A stretch of DNA of 64,000 nt, from the NCBI GenBank assembly GCA_964016885.1, contig OZ024749.1, positions 15,996,001-16,060,000 of the forward strand. The letters are read 5' to 3'. Below are positions 58,000 to 64,000 of the stretch, one piece after another. This DNA comes from Eledone cirrhosa (taxonomy: Eukaryota). Both the position numbers and the translations under genes were made by a program. Below the pieces are notes generated by a model. It made no database searches, was not told the DNA's origin, and saw nothing but the letters and a program-made list of their open reading frames with translations. Every line of letters starts with the position of its first letter. Position 1 is the stretch's first letter.

Positions 58000-58093
58000 T
58001 AACATCGTGTGTGAAGGTGGAATTTTCAAACTTACGAAGCACTGAGGAAATAAATTTACAAGATGTAAGATGCTCAAGTGTAGAAAATAACTG
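57632..58093. repeat. ~100-bp inverted repeat (57632-57735 / 57990-58093) enclosing a hairpin element (57754-57940)
   Basis: Arms are reverse-complementary with few mismatches; inner hairpin 57754-57844. Confidence 0.85.
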
Positions 58094-58245
58094 ATATATA
58101 TATATATATAGGTATTAAAGGTGCAAATTAATTGCGTCCATAGGTGGTATGCCAAATGAGCACTCAATGCTCTTGGGGAGCAGAGTATCAATAGTATTAA
58201 TAAGGGAACAATGAATCAGTGTTACATCATATACATATTCAATTA

Positions 58246-58356
58246 CATATTACATATGTTTCACTGTCGATCACATATCTGAAGAGCTTCCGATTCCAGA
58301 GTCAGGTTCGATCATTAATCGATCTTTCCTCGAGCTGATCGACAGTGAAACATATG
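58246..58356 (+). ncRNA. Split hammerhead: + copy truncated by a SINE, its 3' end preserved in an inverted upstream copy
   Basis: +: CATAT CTGAAGA...GAAA CATATG|SINE. Minus 58246-58273: GAAA CATATG TA ATATG. Loop II resembles that of the 49323 family. Confidence 0.65.
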
Positions 58357-58510
58357 CTTTCTAGCATAGTTACGTCCCTTTATGATCTGAGTTCAAATCC
58401 CACCGAGGTTAACTTTGCCTTTCATCCTTACGGGGTCGATAAAATAAAGTACCAGTAATGTACTGGGTAATTGCTGGCCTTGTGCCAAAAGTAGAAACAA
58501 TTATTATTAT
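58353..58510 (+). mobile_element. 5'-truncated family A SINE
   Basis: GAGTTCAAATCCCACCGAGGTTAAC...AGTAGAAACAATTATTATT. Confidence 0.88.
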
Positions 58511-58875
58511 AATATATTCATACAGACATACATACAAACATGCAACTGTAAATATATTGCAACACATCTATTTATATGAACGATACATAGATTTTAACAT
58601 ATAAACGTTACAAAGATTTTAACATATAATACAGCGTTGTTATATTACATTCATAAAGTATAAAACGATTCACACAAAAAAGAAACAAAAAAACCCCACT
58701 AAATTAAACGTTTAAAATACAGTTGTAGAATTAAAAACTAGCTGAGAGGAAGTATTACTCAAGCTGGGAACAACTTTAAATTTGATTATGACAAAACTTT
58801 GTCGAAACTTTTAAAGAATATCATCGTGTATTTTGAAAAATAAATGCTAAATATTAGTTAATAGACGAACTCCTC

Positions 58876-59999
58876 ATGGCAAAGCGTATAAGTCTCCTTC
58901 GACCAAATCGCAACTACAACCATTGTATACAATGGAGCTATGACCTCAACAAAGATTTATATGAAGCATACAAACAATCACACCTCCAAAAGTTCGGTTT
59001 TATGCAGAGGCTAAAAACTTTGTGGAACTCCAAACACCAGAATTAGACTTTCCTCAAAACATTTAAATGAACAGGCAAAACGTATCATTAGATGTAAATT
59101 GATACATCTAACGGAACTGAGTGACACTATTGAAGACACTCATTCCACTTCCATTGACAGACAGAGAGAATAGTCAGCTAAATCTAGCAATAAACGGCAC
59201 ACCAACAACGTAGCTGACATCCACCCCGCTTCCACTGATGAACAGAGAGAATGATCAGCTGAATCTAGCAGTGAACAGCACACAAACAACGTACCTGAAA
59301 TCCATCATTCTACTGTACAAACAGAACACCAAAAGCTTGTGGACACATTACAAGTGATATGGGATATGTTTCAAGAGATACACAGCCTTAATGTGAGTAA
59401 CAGACCATACAACACCAGAATCAGTAAACAACCCACTAAATTGGAATTGGAAGCAGTAAACGAAATAGCTGACAATTATCTGAAGGCCACACGATCCAAA
59501 GGTGTGGAAACGACATATGAATTGCTTAATATTTTGTTATATGTTTCAGCTATCAGATTGCAATCCTATCATAAACAACTAAAATCGCAGGAACATAACT
59601 GTGGTGTGGCTTGACTATCAGAAAGCTTTTGATAGTGTACCTCATGGGTGGATTATTAAGGCTTTACAGTTAACCAAAGTCCCACAATCACTAGTAGCTG
59701 CTATTGAACGTCTGACCAAGAACTGGTACACCAATTTGATCCTTTGGGGTGAGAAGGAACAAATCAAGACTGATACAATAAACTACCAGAAAAGCATCTT
59801 TCAGGGTGATAGCTTATCAGCGCTACACTTCGTCTTCTCACTAAACCCACTATCATACCTGCTCGCAAAACAAAGTGGTTATGGAAGTGGGTCCAGAAGT
59901 ATCTCCCATCTTTTCTTTGTAGATGACCTGAAGTTGTATGGGCCAAATATCAATGACATCAAGAAACAATTGGATCCGCTTGAACCAAAGTATAACTGA
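58876..59999 (+). mobile_element. Decayed, internally deleted R4/Dong-like non-LTR retrotransposon (N-terminal remnant + RT fragment)
   Basis: WLDYQKAFDSVPH...IFQGDSLS..LNPLS..ISHLFFVDDLKLY at 59601-59999; upstream WSYDLNKDLYEAY..GFMQRLKTLW from ATG 58876. Confidence 0.8.
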
Positions 60000-60121
60000 A
60001 CTTTGATTTGTGGACAAAGTACGCAGCTCCCTAATTCATAGACTACAAATGGGTGCGATAGCTGACACCATAAAACATTGCACAACATCTTGCGTCCCTT
60101 GTTAACGCGCGAAGATATATC

Positions 60122-60196
<75 letters not shown>

Positions 60197-60213
60197 AGAG
60201 AGAGAGATATGGT

Positions 60214-60283
<70 letters not shown>

Positions 60284-60502
60284 TTATTAAAATATTTATT
60301 AAAATACTTTGGATTTTAGTCTTCAAATTTATTATTATTACTATAAATATATTTATATATATATAATATATATATTTATATATATCACCTTAATCACCTT
60401 GACCGTCCAGTCTGTCGGACGCCATTCGACGCCGCTGGTCACAGCATGTGCTGTTTTAGCCATACGATGACGCCATCCCACTGGCTGGGCGGGCAGGCCG
60501 TA

Positions 60503-60711
60503 AGTCTAAAGTCTGTCTTAAGTCAGAAGGCTCATTTGGCCGGTGCTTATCCCGGTTTCATGTCGTGAAGCGACTGAGAGTACAAGACTCCCCCCTGGAC
60601 AGGACGCCAGTCCATCGCAGGATTAAACCTCCAGCTATTGCTGGTACTCATTTTCAGCTGAGTAAACTGGAGCAACGTGAAATAAAGTGTCTTGCTCAAG
60701 GAAACAACACA
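60503..60711 (-). mobile_element. Family B SINE lacking the tRNA head
   Basis: Reverse complement of 46215-46428. Confidence 0.88.
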
Positions 60712-61032
60712 AAGTTTGGTTTCCTAAATAGAATATTAGTCTAACGACTCCGTTTATACCATAAACGTGGTTTAGTCTTTACGTGTATTTGTTCTCATCG
60801 GACCACATAACGACGTACTATCTTCGCTTTTTTTCCGTTCATTGCCAGGGAACGTCTCCACGAACCAAAGTATCGTATTCCTGTTTTCCTTCGGTTGCAA
60901 CGTTTTTCGAAATATTTACTTCTGCGTTCACAGATTGATTTTTTTAGTTTCAGAAGATCCCATTAAGGGTGAAAGCAGCGATTCTTTGCTTAAACTTTAA
61001 TCTGTTATTTTAATAATAATAATAATAATAAT

Positions 61033-61063
<31 letters not shown>

Positions 61064-61387
61064 AATGAAACTGTGGAAATATTCCCTATGATAAAAGTGT
61101 TGTGGAGGCTCTTCCTAGACACACAATGGAGCCCATCTTGCTACAAATCGGAACACCGCCAATTTCTTCCAAGAAGGCTAGAGAGATAGATAGATGAGAG
61201 AGAAGGGGGAGAGGAGGACATGTGGAGTTAGTGTAATGTATGTGTGTGTAGTGGATGTATCCCCCCCCTCCTACCCACCTCTTCCAGACTACATCAATTT
61301 CCTCCTGCCACATTAAACAATCAATTTCTGAATTCTGATATGAGGAGATGTTGATGAAGGAAAAAGATGGAGTGGATGGAGAGGTGG

Positions 61388-61472
61388 AGAAGAAGAAGAA
61401 GAAGAAGAAGAAGAAGAAGAAGAAGAAGAAGAAGAAGAAGAAGAAGAAGAAGAAGAAGAAGAAGAAGAAGAA
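61388..61472. repeat. (GAA)n pure microsatellite (~28 units)
   Basis: Direct observation. Confidence 0.95.
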
Positions 61473-61657
61473 AATGACAGCCATTTTAATTAAATTATCA
61501 TCTTTTAAATACGAGTAAAGACAGCCTCTACTATATATACATATGTACACATACACACACACATATATATATGCACATTCACATATATATATATATACAC
61601 ATATATATTATACACATACACCCATATATATCTACGCATATAAATCTAGTTATACAC

Positions 61658-61730
<73 letters not shown>

Positions 61731-61774
61731 GTTATACATATATACACATGCAAGACTTCCTCCCCAAACAATAA

Positions 61775-62248
61775 CTTACAATAACAACAACAAATATAAA
61801 CTATTATTGTTGTTGTTAATTTAACATCACCGATATAAACATAACAATGAATCTGCTAATAATGATAAGAGCAACAACAACAACAAGGAGAATGACGATA
61901 AGGCAAACAACAACAGCAATAACAACAATGATATGACATAACAAGAAGAAGAATGATAAGATAAAACAACAACAACAATAACAACAATAGGATATAACAA
62001 ACAACAATAACAACAATGGTAAAACGTAACAATAACAACAATAAAAACAATAACAACAATAACAACAATGATAAAACTTAAGAATAACAATAACAACAAT
62101 GATAAGACATAACAACAACAATAACAACAATGACATAATGATACGACATCAAGATAACAACAAAAACAATAATGAAACATCATAACAACAACAACAACAA
62201 TAACAATGATGCATTAATGACAAAATAAACAAACAAACAAACAAACAA

Positions 62249-62296
<48 letters not shown>
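61775..62296. repeat. Degenerate (AAC/AAT)n followed by (AAAC)n(AAAT)n
   Basis: Direct observation. Confidence 0.85.
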
Positions 62297-62566
62297 AGTA
62301 AAGCAATATGGCTGCCGCAATGTTTGACTGAGGGGAAACAAGCGAGAGTTGTTCAATTTTTTGAATATCTGAAGCGGAATATAATAGAGATGTTATATTG
62401 GAAGGGAAAGTAAGGGAATTCGAACTGTGTCCAGAAATAGTTGTAGAAACGGCGTGAGCTCTGCCGTCGGGGTCTTGAACATTTTCCTATTACCCACTCT
62501 ACTAGCCTAAGTATTGAGTAGTCTAGTGCGTTTTGATCCACCTGGTTCCTTACCACACTTCCTTCG

Positions 62567-62624
<58 letters not shown>

Positions 62625-62707
62625 CGTTATTCCGGGTTGAATCGGAGGTAACCACAGTAAGTAAGGTACTCAATACATAGCAGAGTATAACAGTTTTAAT
62701 ATAGAAG

Positions 62708-62758
62708 AGATTCTACAGGACTAGAACTGTTTCATTCATTAGAAATCATCAGGAATCT
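62708..62758 (-). ncRNA. Complete type I hammerhead ribozyme
   Basis: AGATTC CTGATGA TTTC-TAAT-GAAT GAAA CAG-TTCTAGTC-CTG TA GAATCT; all three stems, intact core, GUA triplet. Confidence 0.9.
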
Positions 62759-62779
62759 GGGTATCAAAAAATAAATATG

Positions 62780-62845
62780 GTATTTATAGGTCTCTACAAG
62801 TGGTAGGAGAGGGTGGGGAATGGGATGGGTGCAGGTCATTGGTTG
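62780..62845 (-). promoter_or_regulatory. Candidate CCAAT + TATA promoter upstream of the hammerhead
   Basis: Minus ACCAATG (~62837-62843) and CTATAAATA (~62781-62789), about 25 nt before stem I. Confidence 0.4.
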
Positions 62846-63264
62846 ATAGAAAAGGGAATTCATTAAAAGCTAATTCTACAAAGCTATAGTTTATTTTTAT
62901 TTTTATTTATATTTATTTATGTTTTTAGAGTAACAAAGGCAGACAGAATTCTATAAACAGGTTCCGGATGGCATACCATTCCTTGTCAATAAGTTTCTCT
63001 TAAGCTAACAGATGTCTATAAAGTCAGTGGGGGGTCAGTCATGGTCGATAGAATTAAAGAAAAGGGAGATTCTTTAAAAGCTAAAGTCATTAAGGTTCTA
63101 CTAAGTGACAAAGGTCTAGAGAATTCTGCAGACAGATTCAAAATACTGAGTGCATATCTTACTATTATCTTCGAACTTCTCTTAAACTAATCAACTTTAT
63201 GCCAAAAATCAACAGACACATTCACAAAAAAACAAAAAAACAAAAAAACAAAAAAACACATACT

Positions 63265-63456
63265 CACTCACACACTTACGCGCAACCATAAACACACACA
63301 CAAACACATATACACACATAAAAACACACACACATATATTAAAAATATAAATATATATAAATATAAATATATATTCATGTACACACACATATACATACAC
63401 ACATACATACATACATACATATACAATACATATACACATATACATATATGAATATA

Positions 63457-63504
<48 letters not shown>

Positions 63505-63533
63505 TACACATACATATATACATATACACAGAT

Positions 63534-63622
<89 letters not shown>

Positions 63623-63741
63623 TATACACACAGATACAACCACACATACACATACATACACACACACAAACATATATACACAAATAAATACACTCACACG
63701 CATACATACAAACACGAGTATACATATGTATAAATATTTAT

Positions 63742-63780
<39 letters not shown>

Positions 63781-63807
63781 CACATACACATACGTACATA
63801 CACACAT

Positions 63808-63876
<69 letters not shown>

Positions 63877-64000
63877 TATATATACACATATATATATCCC
63901 TACATATACAAACATACACATACATACACAGACCTATACATAAATATACAAATATATATACAGACATATAACGCGTATATACACACACATATACATATAC
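63265..64000. repeat. Compound (CA)n/(TA)n microsatellite
   Basis: Direct observation. Confidence 0.9.

Noticed and set aside
58040-58093. CTGAGGA...GAAA as a hammerhead
   Set aside because: No convincing stem I, II or III pairing

Overview
Gene-poor, AT-rich eukaryotic DNA. The SINE families and the density of (TA)n/(CA)n/(TC)n microsatellites suggest an octopod cephalopod (inferred from remembered repeat consensus sequences, not from a search). I can support no intact protein-coding gene. Nearly all long ORFs are translations of satellites or microsatellites. The window opens with a 13.2-kb two-variant 19-bp satellite fused directly to a 3.3-kb 16-bp satellite, followed by 85-, 12-, 32-, ~31- and 27-bp tandem arrays. 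It also holds at least three tRNA-derived SINE families, RTE- and R4/Dong-type LINE relics (one with a twin-priming-type 5' inversion), a non-autonomous Helitron-like element and a Tc1/mariner MITE. The most interesting signal is a dense set of about 10 type I hammerhead-ribozyme motifs (CTGAnGA...GAAA...NTH) from several unrelated sequence families. They lie in short non-coding elements, mostly beside (TA)n tracts, and are very often built into long fold-back palindromes whose turning points fall in or near the ribozyme. This looks like a radiation of non-autonomous Penelope-like/retrozyme elements. All structures were folded by eye, and coordinates of diverged repeats are approximate.
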